From positions 1-27,547 of the forward strand of contig DATEMX010000149.1 of assembly GCA_035275365.1 (NCBI GenBank): a stretch of DNA of 27,547 bases. Reading direction: 5' to 3'. This document shows, one piece after another, positions 1-7,821 of the stretch. The notes below the pieces were generated by a model, which was not told the origin of the DNA, ran no database searches, and saw only the letters and a program-made list of their open reading frames with translations. This DNA is from Polyangiaceae bacterium. GTDB taxonomy: Bacteria > Myxococcota_A > Polyangia > Polyangiales > Polyangiaceae. Positions within the stretch are counted from its first letter, which is position 1; each line of letters starts with the position of its first letter. A program made the position numbers and the translations under genes.

Positions 1-56
1 TTTTGAGTACGCCCGAGGCGATTTGTTTCTTCCGGCCGCCGCTGCGCCGACGATTG

Positions 57-92
57 CGGTTAGACGATCGACTCCGCCGACCGGTCTAACCG
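57..92. other. Inverted repeat / possible hairpin upstream of rseP
   Basis: cggttagac (57-65) and its exact reverse complement gtctaaccg (84-92), 18 nt apart; extra imperfect inner pairing is possible. Function unknown. Confidence 0.3.
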
Positions 93-188
93 GAAAACGA
101 GGTTTCCTTGGCGCCGGGCCCGATTTCATCCAGACTTGCCCCCCAACCGCCGCCGGCGTCGTCCCCAGCCGCCCCCCGACGCAGCTCG

Positions 189-1856
189 ATGGACCTCCTC
201 TACTTTCTCATCCTCATTTCGGCGCTCATCTTCGTGCACGAGCTCGGGCACTACGCGTGGGCGAAGATCTTCGGCGTGAAGGTCATCACCTTCTCCCTTG
301 GCTTCGGTCCCAAGATCCTGCGGCTGCGCGGCAAGGAGACCGAATACTGCGTGGGGCTCATCCCCCTCGGCGGCTTCGTGAAGATGCTCGAGGAGACCAA
401 GGCCGATCCGGTCTTGCCCGAGGAGCGCAAGCGCACCTTCGAATCGCAGGCGCTCTGGAAGCGCGTGGTCATCGTCTTCGCCGGGCCCATCATGAACCTG
501 ATTTTCCCGGTCGTACTCTACTTTTCGGTCTTCGTGGGCGAGCATCACTTCTTGCCGCCGACGATCGGCGTCGTCCTCCCCGGACACGCCGCCGACGGTA
601 AGCTCAAGGCCGGCGATCGCGTCTTGGCCGTCGACGGCGAAGAGATCGGCACCTACGCCGAGCTCGCGCGCGCGGTGCAAAAGAGCCCCGGACGCGAGCT
701 CACCCTCAAGGTCTTTCGCGACGCGTCCTACCTCGACGTGGACGTCACCCCCGAGGAAGTCGTCGAGAGACGCGAGCTCGACATGGTCGAGCGGGTCGGC
801 CAGCTCGGCATCTACCCGAGCCTGCCGCGCGCCGTCATCGGCGTCCCTCGCCCTGACTCGGCGGCCTATCTGGCGGGCCTCCGCACATTCGACACCGTCA
901 TTTTGGTCGGCGGAAAGCCCATCCGTCGCTTCGTCGACCTCGAGGCTGCACTGCGCGACAACCACGGCGAAAACATGCCTATCACCTACCTGCGCCCGCG
1001 CGTGGCTCCGGGCGCGCTGGGCGGGCTCGCCGATTTCGCGGTCTTCGAACCCGGCGTCGCCAACCTCACGCCCGATCCCGCGGCGGGCGATCTGCTCTCG
1101 CGCACCGGCATCGAGCTCGCCGATCTCTACGCCGTCGTCGTGCCCGACGGCGCACTCCGCCAGGCAGGCCTCGCACCGGGGGACAAAGTCACCGATTTGG
1201 ACGACGTCCCCCTGCCCGCCTGGTCCGTGTTTCGCGAGCGGCTGCTCAGCGCGCCCGATCAGCCGCACACGCTCGGCTGGCTACGCGAGGGGCATCGCAT
1301 GAGCGGCACCATCCAAATGCGACGAGAGCAATGGACCGACGAATACGGTCAGCACTTCGATCGCTACGTGATGCGAACGACGCACTGGATCCCGTCGTGG
1401 CCCGAACCGTTCGTGGAAAATCCACGGCCGATCCGCTACGCGCTCGGCAACGCCTTCGAGGAGACCGGCGACGTCATGCGCTTCATTCTCGTCAGCATCG
1501 CGCGCCTGCTCGAGGGCCGGCTCAGCTTGTCGTCACTGTCCGGCCCCATCACCATCTACGACGTGGCGGGCGAAGCCGCCGCGCGCGGGCCCGACTACTT
1601 CGTTTGGGCCATGGCGCTCATCAGCATCAACCTCGGCCTCTTGAATCTCTTGCCTGTGCCGGTGCTCGACGGCGGGCACCTCTTGTTCTTCGCCATCGAG
1701 GGCCTCTTGCGGCGCCCGCTCCCGCTGCGAGCGCGCGAAGTGGCGAGCCTCGTGGGCATGAGCTTTCTCTTCGTACTCATGGGAATCGCCTTCAAGAACG
1801 ACGTCGACCGAAAATGGGACGTCATCGTGGGACAGTTCCGCGAGTTGTTCGGCTAA
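189..1856 (+). CDS. rseP: RIP zinc metalloprotease RseP (M50 family, site-2 protease) with PDZ domains
   Basis: Start reassigned to ATG 189 (MDLLYFLILISALIFVHELGH). HExxH motif HELGH in the first TM, FSLGFGP and IPLGGFVKM motifs, AGPIMN, C-terminal NLLPVPVLDGGH motif, PDZ-like GD-x-(V/I) repeats. Confidence 0.93.
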   Translation: MDLLYFLILISALIFVHELGHYAWAKIFGVKVITFSLGFGPKILRLRGKETEYCVGLIPLGGFVKMLEETKADPVLPEERKRTFESQALWKRVVIVFAGPIMNLIFPVVLYFSVFVGEHHFLPPTIGVVLPGHAADGKLKAGDRVLAVDGEEIGTYAELARAVQKSPGRELTLKVFRDASYLDVDVTPEEVVERRELDMVERVGQLGIYPSLPRAVIGVPRPDSAAYLAGLRTFDTVILVGGKPIRRFVDLEAALRDNHGENMPITYLRPRVAPGALGGLADFAVFEPGVANLTPDPAAGDLLSRTGIELADLYAVVVPDGALRQAGLAPGDKVTDLDDVPLPAWSVFRERLLSAPDQPHTLGWLREGHRMSGTIQMRREQWTDEYGQHFDRYVMRTTHWIPSWPEPFVENPRPIRYALGNAFEETGDVMRFILVSIARLLEGRLSLSSLSGPITIYDVAGEAAARGPDYFVWAMALISINLGLLNLLPVPVLDGGHLLFFAIEGLLRRPLPLRAREVASLVGMSFLFVLMGIAFKNDVDRKWDVIVGQFRELFG

Positions 1857-1930
1857 CACTACTGCTGCAGATTTCTCGCGTGCCAGATCGATCATCGGAG
1901 CGAGCATACGCCAGCTCAAGGACTGACCGT

Positions 1931-1975
1931 GACGGAGTGGACGGAGTCCAGGAACTGGACGGAGTCCACGGAGAC
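1931..1975 (+). repeat. Degenerate 9-bp-period tandem repeat
   Basis: gacggagtg/gacggagtc/caggaactg/gacggagtc/cacggagac; includes two exact copies of the quasi-palindrome tggacggagtcca (1938-1950, 1956-1968). Confidence 0.6.
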
Positions 1976-2063
1976 CTACGAAGCGAAGCGCAGTGCACAG
2001 GCAGTTTTGGGGTGCTCTAGGCTAGGAGCGGCGAGGCGTGGCGGCTCGTTCGGTCTGAACTAG

Positions 2064-2281
2064 TGCCGCTTGGCCAAAGTCGTGCCCCGACTTTGGCCAA
2101 GCCCGCGCTTCGCGCGGAGGCGGCTTCGCCTCCTGGCACTATCCCTTGGTCTCCGGGGGCTTCGCCCCCGCCCCGCCGGAGCAAGTCCGGAACGGGGCCC
2201 CACCCCCACGGCACCTCCGGCGCCGATCTACCTGCTTCTCGATGCTCTCGAATCTGAGGGCCAAATTTTCGCCGCGCGACA
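2064..2281. mobile_element. Possible nested second MITE / REP-like hairpin element
   Basis: Flanked by CTAG at 2060-2063 and 2282-2285. Ends are imperfect inverted repeats (ctagtgccgcttggccaaa vs reverse-complemented ctagtgtcgcgcggcgaaa, 15/19). Interior is a series of hairpins. Confidence 0.5.
2068..2190. repeat. Cluster of stem-loops
   Basis: 15-bp perfect stem gcttggccaaagtcg/cgactttggccaagc (2068-2102); ccgcgc-ttc-gcgcgg (2103-2117); ggaggcg-gctt-cgcctcc (2116-2133); cgggggc-ttc-gcccccg (2154-2170); ccgga-gcaag-tccgg (2176-2190). Confidence 0.75.
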
Positions 2282-2398
2282 CTAGGTGGTTCCGACAACC
2301 TCGCTGTATTTTACGCTAGGTCTTGGTCATTTTGGATGATCGTGATCTGCTCCTGCCAAAGTCTGCAGCAGTAGTGCTAAACCGAGCACGATTTTCTC

Positions 2399-3739
2399 AT
2401 GGCCACCAAGCTAGAACCGAACGCGCGCAGCATCGCCGCGCACGTCATCGAGCGCGTGCTGCGCGAGAAGGCCTTCGCCGCGGCCGTCCTCGACGCCGCT
2501 CTCGAGCGCTATCCCGAGCTCGATCCGCGCGAGAAAGGCCTCGCCACGGAGCTCGCCTACGGTGCGCTGCGAACAGCTCCCTACCTGGAGACGCGCCTCT
2601 CCAATCACGCCACGCGCGGTTTCGGCAAGGTCGACGCCACCGTGCGCGCGCACCTGCTCGTGGCGGCCTACCAGCTGCTGTTCCTCGAACGCGTGCCGCC
2701 GTTCGCGGCCGTCTCGGAGGCCGTGCGACAAGTCGGCGGCGCGCGAGGCAAGCGGGTGGGCGCTTTCGCCAACGCCGTGCTGCGCCGCCTTTCCGAAGAA
2801 GCCCCGGGCGACAAGCGCAAGGCGCTCGAAGAGGCGGAGCGTGATTCGGCCGCACCGTGGCTTCGCGAAGCCCTCGTGCGCGCACTGGGCGAGGGTGGCG
2901 CCTCGAGCTTTCTCGGCTCCGGGGGCGCGCCGACCATTACCCTTCGCATTCGCTCCGGCGCCGACCGGACAGAGTCGATGGCGCGGCTCGCCGAAGAGGT
3001 CGAGGGCGCAAGCTTCGAGGCGGGCGCGCTCTCACCGCTCGCCATCTCCATGCGCGCGGGCAAAGATCCGGAGAAGCTCTCGCTCTACCGTGAAGGAAAG
3101 CTCGCCATCCACGAAGAGGGCGCGCAAGTGATCGCGCTTTCGCTGGGAGCAGAGCCGGGCGAGCGGGTGCTCGACGCCTGCGCCGGCCGCGGCAACAAGA
3201 GCGCGCTCTTGGTCGAAATCGTGGGCCAAGGAGGCGCCGTCGACGCCGCCGATCAACACCCGCAGAAGCTCGATCGATTGAGGCTCGAACTTCTGCGCCT
3301 CGGGCTTTCGCCGCACGCTACCTTCGCCGTCGACTGGGCGGTCGGCACGGGCGACGTCCCGTCGAACTACGATCGCGTCCTCATCGACGCCCCTTGCTCG
3401 GGCACCGGAACGCTGCGAAGGCGGCCCGATCTGGCGACACATCGGCAAGCCGCGGAGCTCGGAGCGCTCGCCGATCTGCAAGTCGCCATTTTGGTAAGCG
3501 CGGCGTCACGCGCGAAAGAAGGCGGGGCCATCCTCTACGCCGTGTGCAGCGTTCTCCGCGAAGAAGCGGAGGAGGTCATCGAGCGGGCGCGCGCGTTGGC
3601 GCCGTTCCTCGTCCCCGCGCCTTTTCCGGGCGGCCCCGCACGAACGCTGGCGAACGAGGCGACGACTTTGCGCCTCTTGCCGCACCTGCACGGCACCGAC
3701 GGCTATTTCTTGGCGTCGTTCGTCCGCGCGGCGCTTTAG
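2399..3739 (+). CDS. rsmB: 16S rRNA m5C methyltransferase RsmB/Sun (NusB-like N-terminal domain + SAM-dependent MTase)
   Basis: N-terminal NusB-like segment (ELAYGALR, AAVSEAV, FANAVLRR); SAM motif VLDACAGRGNKS; DRVLIDAPCSGTGTLRRRPD; second Cys in YAVCSV. Confidence 0.92.
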   Translation: MATKLEPNARSIAAHVIERVLREKAFAAAVLDAALERYPELDPREKGLATELAYGALRTAPYLETRLSNHATRGFGKVDATVRAHLLVAAYQLLFLERVPPFAAVSEAVRQVGGARGKRVGAFANAVLRRLSEEAPGDKRKALEEAERDSAAPWLREALVRALGEGGASSFLGSGGAPTITLRIRSGADRTESMARLAEEVEGASFEAGALSPLAISMRAGKDPEKLSLYREGKLAIHEEGAQVIALSLGAEPGERVLDACAGRGNKSALLVEIVGQGGAVDAADQHPQKLDRLRLELLRLGLSPHATFAVDWAVGTGDVPSNYDRVLIDAPCSGTGTLRRRPDLATHRQAAELGALADLQVAILVSAASRAKEGGAILYAVCSVLREEAEEVIERARALAPFLVPAPFPGGPARTLANEATTLRLLPHLHGTDGYFLASFVRAAL

Positions 3740-3858
3740 GGCTAGCGCGGCTACCTGTCGAGGTCGCATGTTCCGAGCGCACGGCCTTTGCCCGAACGCG
3801 CGGCTGCCCGGCGCAAAGACTTGCATCTTGGGCCGGAAGCAATAACGGTAGGGGCCCC

Positions 3859-4758
3859 ATGTTTTCCCAAGCCGACCTAGCGGGGGCTTATACCGCGCTC
3901 GTCACTCCCTTCAGCCACGACGCCGCCGCCGTCGATCTCGAAGCGCTCGACGCCCTCGTAGAGGCGCAGATCGCCGGAGGCGTGTCGGGGCTCATCCCCT
4001 GCGGAACCTCGGGCGAGTCGCCCACCCTCACCAAAGACGAACAAAAGCTCGTGATTCGGCGCACCGTTCGGATCGCGCAGGGTCGCGTCCCCGTCGTGGC
4101 CGGCACGGGGTCGTTCTCCACGGAGGAAACCATCGCCACGTCACTGGCCGCATTCGAAGCGGGGGCCGACGCGGCGATGGTGGTGATGCCTTACTACAGC
4201 CGACCCACGCAGGCGGGCTTGGTCGAGCACGTCTGCCGGGTCGCGCTGGCCGTGAAGGGCCCCATCGTCCTTTACAACATCCCGGCTCGAACGGGGGTCG
4301 ACCTCGGCGCCGATGCCACGGAGGCCATCTGCCGCCGCGCTCCCAACGTGGTGGGTCTCAAAGACGCAACGGGCAACGTGCTCCGCTGCCAAGAGCTCGT
4401 TCGCCGGCTCGGCGAACGGCTATCGATCTTGAGCGGCGACGACGCGCTCACGCTGCCGATGATGGCGAGCGGCGCGCGCGGCGTCATCAGCGTGGTGTCG
4501 AACCTCTTGCCCGGGCCGGTCAGCGAGCTGTGTCGCCTCGCGCTGGCCTACGAATATCAGAAAGCCCAGCGCGTTCATTTCGCCCTCCTCCCCGTGTCCG
4601 AAGCGATGTTTCTCGAGGCCAACCCGGCGCCCATCAAATGGGCGCTGGCGCAAAAGGGCATGATCAAGAACGTCGTTCGGTCACCGCTCGTGGTGGCCAC
4701 CGAGGGCGTCGGCCACAAGATCATCGACGCCGTCCAGAGGTTCGAGGCCGGCTCGTGA
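3859..4758 (+). CDS. dapA: 4-hydroxy-tetrahydrodipicolinate synthase
   Basis: Start reassigned to ATG 3859 (MFSQADLAGAYTALVTPF). Motifs GTSGESPTL, VAGTGS, LYNIPARTG, GLKDA (Schiff-base Lys), GVISVVSN, NPAPIK; 299 aa. Confidence 0.95.
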   Translation: MFSQADLAGAYTALVTPFSHDAAAVDLEALDALVEAQIAGGVSGLIPCGTSGESPTLTKDEQKLVIRRTVRIAQGRVPVVAGTGSFSTEETIATSLAAFEAGADAAMVVMPYYSRPTQAGLVEHVCRVALAVKGPIVLYNIPARTGVDLGADATEAICRRAPNVVGLKDATGNVLRCQELVRRLGERLSILSGDDALTLPMMASGARGVISVVSNLLPGPVSELCRLALAYEYQKAQRVHFALLPVSEAMFLEANPAPIKWALAQKGMIKNVVRSPLVVATEGVGHKIIDAVQRFEAGS

Positions 4759-5540
4759 GGATCGCTCTCCACGGCGCGACCGGGCGCATGGGCAAGGCCA
4801 TCGTCCGCATCGTGCACGAGAAGCGCGAGGATCAGATCGTAGGCGCGATCGCCGCGGCCGACGCGCCCGAACAAGGGGCCGACGTGGGCGAGGTGGCGGG
4901 CGTAGGGCACATCGGCGTCGCGGTGACGGCCGATCATGCCATCGGCCTTTTGGGGGCCGACGTGGTCATCGACTTTTCGATCGCGACCGCCGTCGGCGCG
5001 CTCACCCGAGCGGTCAAGCGCGCCAAGGTGGCGCTCGTCAGCGGGACCACCGGGCTCGACCCCGCGAGCGCCGCCCTCTTGAACGACGCAGCCGAAGTAG
5101 CGCCGGTCTTGTGGACGTCGAACATGAGTTTCGGCATCGAGGTCGTCGCCGAAATCACCCGCCTGGCGATCGCGTCGCTCGGGCCCGACTACGACGTCGA
5201 GATGGTGGAGGTGCACCACCACCACAAGGTCGACTCGCCGAGCGGCACCGCGCTGCGCCTCGCCGAAGCGGTCCGGCAAGCTCGCGCCGGCCTCGTGCTC
5301 AAGCACGGCCGTCAAGGAGCCGACGGGCCGCGCAAGAAAAACGAGCTCGCCGTCATGGCCCTTCGCGGCGGCGACGTCATCGGCGACCACACCATTCATC
5401 TCCTCGGCCCAGGCGAGCGCATCGAAATCACCCACCGAGCCACGCAGCGCGACCTGTTCGCCCACGGCGCGCTTCGCGCCGCGCGCTGGCTTTCGGGCAA
5501 AAAACCGGGTCGCTACGCGCTAGCCGATCTGCTCGCTTGA
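4755..5540 (+). CDS. dapB: 4-hydroxy-tetrahydrodipicolinate reductase
   Basis: GTG start at 4755 overlaps the dapA stop (GTGA). GATGRMG nucleotide-binding motif, VIDFS, SGTTG, EVHHHHKVDSPSGTA, RGGDVIGDH, FAHGALRAA. Confidence 0.95.
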   Translation: MRIALHGATGRMGKAIVRIVHEKREDQIVGAIAAADAPEQGADVGEVAGVGHIGVAVTADHAIGLLGADVVIDFSIATAVGALTRAVKRAKVALVSGTTGLDPASAALLNDAAEVAPVLWTSNMSFGIEVVAEITRLAIASLGPDYDVEMVEVHHHHKVDSPSGTALRLAEAVRQARAGLVLKHGRQGADGPRKKNELAVMALRGGDVIGDHTIHLLGPGERIEITHRATQRDLFAHGALRAARWLSGKKPGRYALADLLA

Positions 5541-5547
5541 TCGCGAA

Positions 5548-6654
5548 ATGGGCGGAGGCGAACGAGCTCAACACCTGACCGCAGAGCTCGAAGCCGCACT
5601 CTTGCGCGAGCTTCGCGCGAGTTACCACGATCTCAACTCGAGCTACTTCAAGCGAGGGCTCAAGGCGCCCGAGATTCGGCTATCGCTCGCGGCGCGGCGG
5701 CTCGGGCAATGGAATCCCACGGCGCGCACCATCGAGATCTCGCAGCCGCTCCTCTTGAACGAACCGTGGGGCGTGGTGCTCGAAGTCCTGAAGCACGAGA
5801 TGGCGCACCAATACGTGCACGAGATCTTGGGGCGTACCGAAGAAGCTGCGCATGGGCCCGCGTTCCGCGAGGTGTGCGAGCGGCTCGGTATCGACGCTCG
5901 CGCCTCGGGCCTCCCCGAAAGCGCCGGCGCGCCCCCAAAAGGCGGCCACGATCACATCAAGATTCTCGAGCGCATCTCCCAGCTCCTCGCGCTCGCGCAG
6001 AGCTCGAACGAACACGAGGCGCACTCCGCCACCAGCCTCGCTCAGAGGCTGATGCTCAAGTACAACGTCGAAGCCGCGGCGATCGGCTTTCGCAGCGGCT
6101 ATCACTTTCGCCACCTCGGCGTGCCCTCGGGGCGCGTCAGCGAGAGCGAGCGGCTCGTCTCGATCATCTTGGGCGAGCATTTCTTCGTCGAAGTCATCTG
6201 GGTGCCCGTCTATCGGCCGCTCGAAAAAATGCGGGGCCAAGTCCTTGAGATCTGCGGAACCCCGCCCAACCTCGAAATGGCGAGCTACGTGCACGCCTTC
6301 CTCATGAACGCCGCCGAGCGACTCTGGAAGGAGCACAAACGCGAGCACGGCATCGCGGGCAATCGCGATCGGCGAACCTACATGGCCGGCGTCATGGAGG
6401 GCTTTCGCGAGAGGCTCGAAGCCGAAACGAAGAAGCACCGCGCGGCCGGCCTCGTGTGGGTCGGCGACGCCGACCTCCAAGCCTACTACCGAAAGCGACA
6501 CCCGCACATTCGGCACACGCACTCGTTCGGGTCGGCTCGCACCGAAGCCCATGGGGCCGGCAAGAGCGCCGGCAGGAGCCTCGTGCTGCACCGCGGCCTC
6601 ACTGCGAAATCGTCTGGGGCAACGCCGGCGCTCCTCCCCGCGCGACGGCGCTGA
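5548..6654 (+). CDS. SprT-like zinc metalloprotease domain + DUF2786-like domain protein
   Basis: VLKHEMAHQY (HExxH) followed by HGPAFREVC, typical of SprT-like domains; KILERISQLLALAQSSNEHEAHSATSLAQRLMLKYNV resembles DUF2786. Confidence 0.8.
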   Translation: MGGGERAQHLTAELEAALLRELRASYHDLNSSYFKRGLKAPEIRLSLAARRLGQWNPTARTIEISQPLLLNEPWGVVLEVLKHEMAHQYVHEILGRTEEAAHGPAFREVCERLGIDARASGLPESAGAPPKGGHDHIKILERISQLLALAQSSNEHEAHSATSLAQRLMLKYNVEAAAIGFRSGYHFRHLGVPSGRVSESERLVSIILGEHFFVEVIWVPVYRPLEKMRGQVLEICGTPPNLEMASYVHAFLMNAAERLWKEHKREHGIAGNRDRRTYMAGVMEGFRERLEAETKKHRAAGLVWVGDADLQAYYRKRHPHIRHTHSFGSARTEAHGAGKSAGRSLVLHRGLTAKSSGATPALLPARRR

Positions 6655-6670
6655 GAACGGGCCAGCGGGC

Positions 6671-7810
6671 CTATTGCTTGGTCACCTCGGCCCGAAGGAG
6701 AAAGGCTCCCTCAAGGGCGATGCGCTCCCCTTTGGAAATGCCCTGCGCGATTTCGACGACCTGGGCCGTGCGGCGGGCGACCGAAACGGTACGAACCTCG
6801 AAGTTGCCCGGCTCGATTTCGACGAACACGACGTCGTCGTCGTCGAGCGGTTGAACGGCGCCCGCTGGAACGTACAAGCGATCGGTCGCCGCCCCGGTCG
6901 CGAGCTTGACCGATCCACGAACGAACAGTCCCGGCTTGAGATCGAGTTTATCGTTAGCAACGGGGACGATGGCCCGGAGGGCGCGCGTCGACTTGCCGAG
7001 CTGCGGCTCGAGGAGAAGGACCTTACCGCTGAGGACCTTGTCGGGCATGGCGTCGACGCGAATCTCGACCTCGGTGCCGACCTGAAAGTGGACGATGTCG
7101 CTCTCGAACACCTCGAGCGAGCCGCGTAACTCCGACGGATCGGCGATGACGAAGGCGACCTCGTTCGGCGCGAGGTATTTGCCGGTGACGGCCTCGCGGC
7201 GCACGACGACGCCGTCGATCGGCGACGTGAGCCGCAAGGTACCCGCACCGCGCACGACGGATCCGGTATCGACGCCCAAGATGGCAAGCTTGGCGCGGGC
7301 CGCCTCCACCGCGCTCGCGGCTCGAATGGACTCGGCGCGCGCGACCTCTTCCTCACGGGCGGTCGTGAGCTCTTGCTTGCGCAGAAACTCCTCCCTGGTC
7401 AGGTTGTCGCCGGCTTGCTTGGCGAGGGCCTTGGCGCTCAAGTATTCGGCCTGGGCTGCGGCGATGGTGGGAACCTTGACGGTCGCCAGGAGGGTGCCTT
7501 TCTGAACTTTGTCGCCCGCCTTCACGTGGACGACGTCGACACGCCCTTCGACGAGGGTGCCGATCTCGGCGTACTTCTCGAGGCTGTAGTCGAGAGATCC
7601 GGGCACCTGCAACCGATTCTCCCACGAATTACCCCCCACGACGTCGACACGAATGCCGAGCTCGTGGAGCGCCTTGGCGTTGAACTTGACGGTCTTTTTG
7701 GTGTGCGCCTGGCCTCCCGCGTCTTGGACGCGTTCACCTTTTGCGCCGCTCTCGGCGCAACCGAGGAGCTGCCCTGACGAGAGGAAGAGGACGAAAGCCA
7801 CGAAGCGCAT
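6671..7810 (-). CDS. RND efflux periplasmic adaptor (CzcB/CusB-like membrane fusion protein)
   Basis: Lipobox-like LLGC; barrel-sandwich motif GRVDVVHVKAGDKVQKGTLL; LTSPIDGVVV; LKPGLFVRG; C-terminal GISKGERIALEGAFLL; directly downstream of the RND gene. Confidence 0.88.
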   Translation of the reverse strand: MRFVAFVLFLSSGQLLGCAESGAKGERVQDAGGQAHTKKTVKFNAKALHELGIRVDVVGGNSWENRLQVPGSLDYSLEKYAEIGTLVEGRVDVVHVKAGDKVQKGTLLATVKVPTIAAAQAEYLSAKALAKQAGDNLTREEFLRKQELTTAREEEVARAESIRAASAVEAARAKLAILGVDTGSVVRGAGTLRLTSPIDGVVVRREAVTGKYLAPNEVAFVIADPSELRGSLEVFESDIVHFQVGTEVEIRVDAMPDKVLSGKVLLLEPQLGKSTRALRAIVPVANDKLDLKPGLFVRGSVKLATGAATDRLYVPAGAVQPLDDDDVVFVEIEPGNFEVRTVSVARRTAQVVEIAQGISKGERIALEGAFLLRAEVTKQ

Positions 7811-7821
7811 GACGTCGATCC

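Larger units (their letters stand above)
1857..2376. mobile_element. Non-autonomous IS-derived element (MITE-like), 520 bp
   Basis: Perfect 15-bp TIR cactactgctgcaga (1857-1871) / tctgcagcagtagtg (2362-2376); a second imperfect matching block cagatcgatcatc (1884-1896) / gatgatcgtgatctg (2335-2349); direct repeat CTAA on both flanks (1853-1856, 2377-2380); no transposase inside. Confidence 0.72.

Noticed and set aside
2017-2319. A third nested layer bounded by CTAG at 2017/2022 and 2316
   Set aside because: Adjacent sequences show only weak inverted similarity (gcgagg), not enough to call terminal repeats.
3394-4754. Long N-terminal extensions on dapA (from 3394) and dapB (from 4530)
   Set aside because: They overlap rsmB and dapA in other frames and are low-complexity Arg-rich reads; family motifs start at 3859 and 4755.
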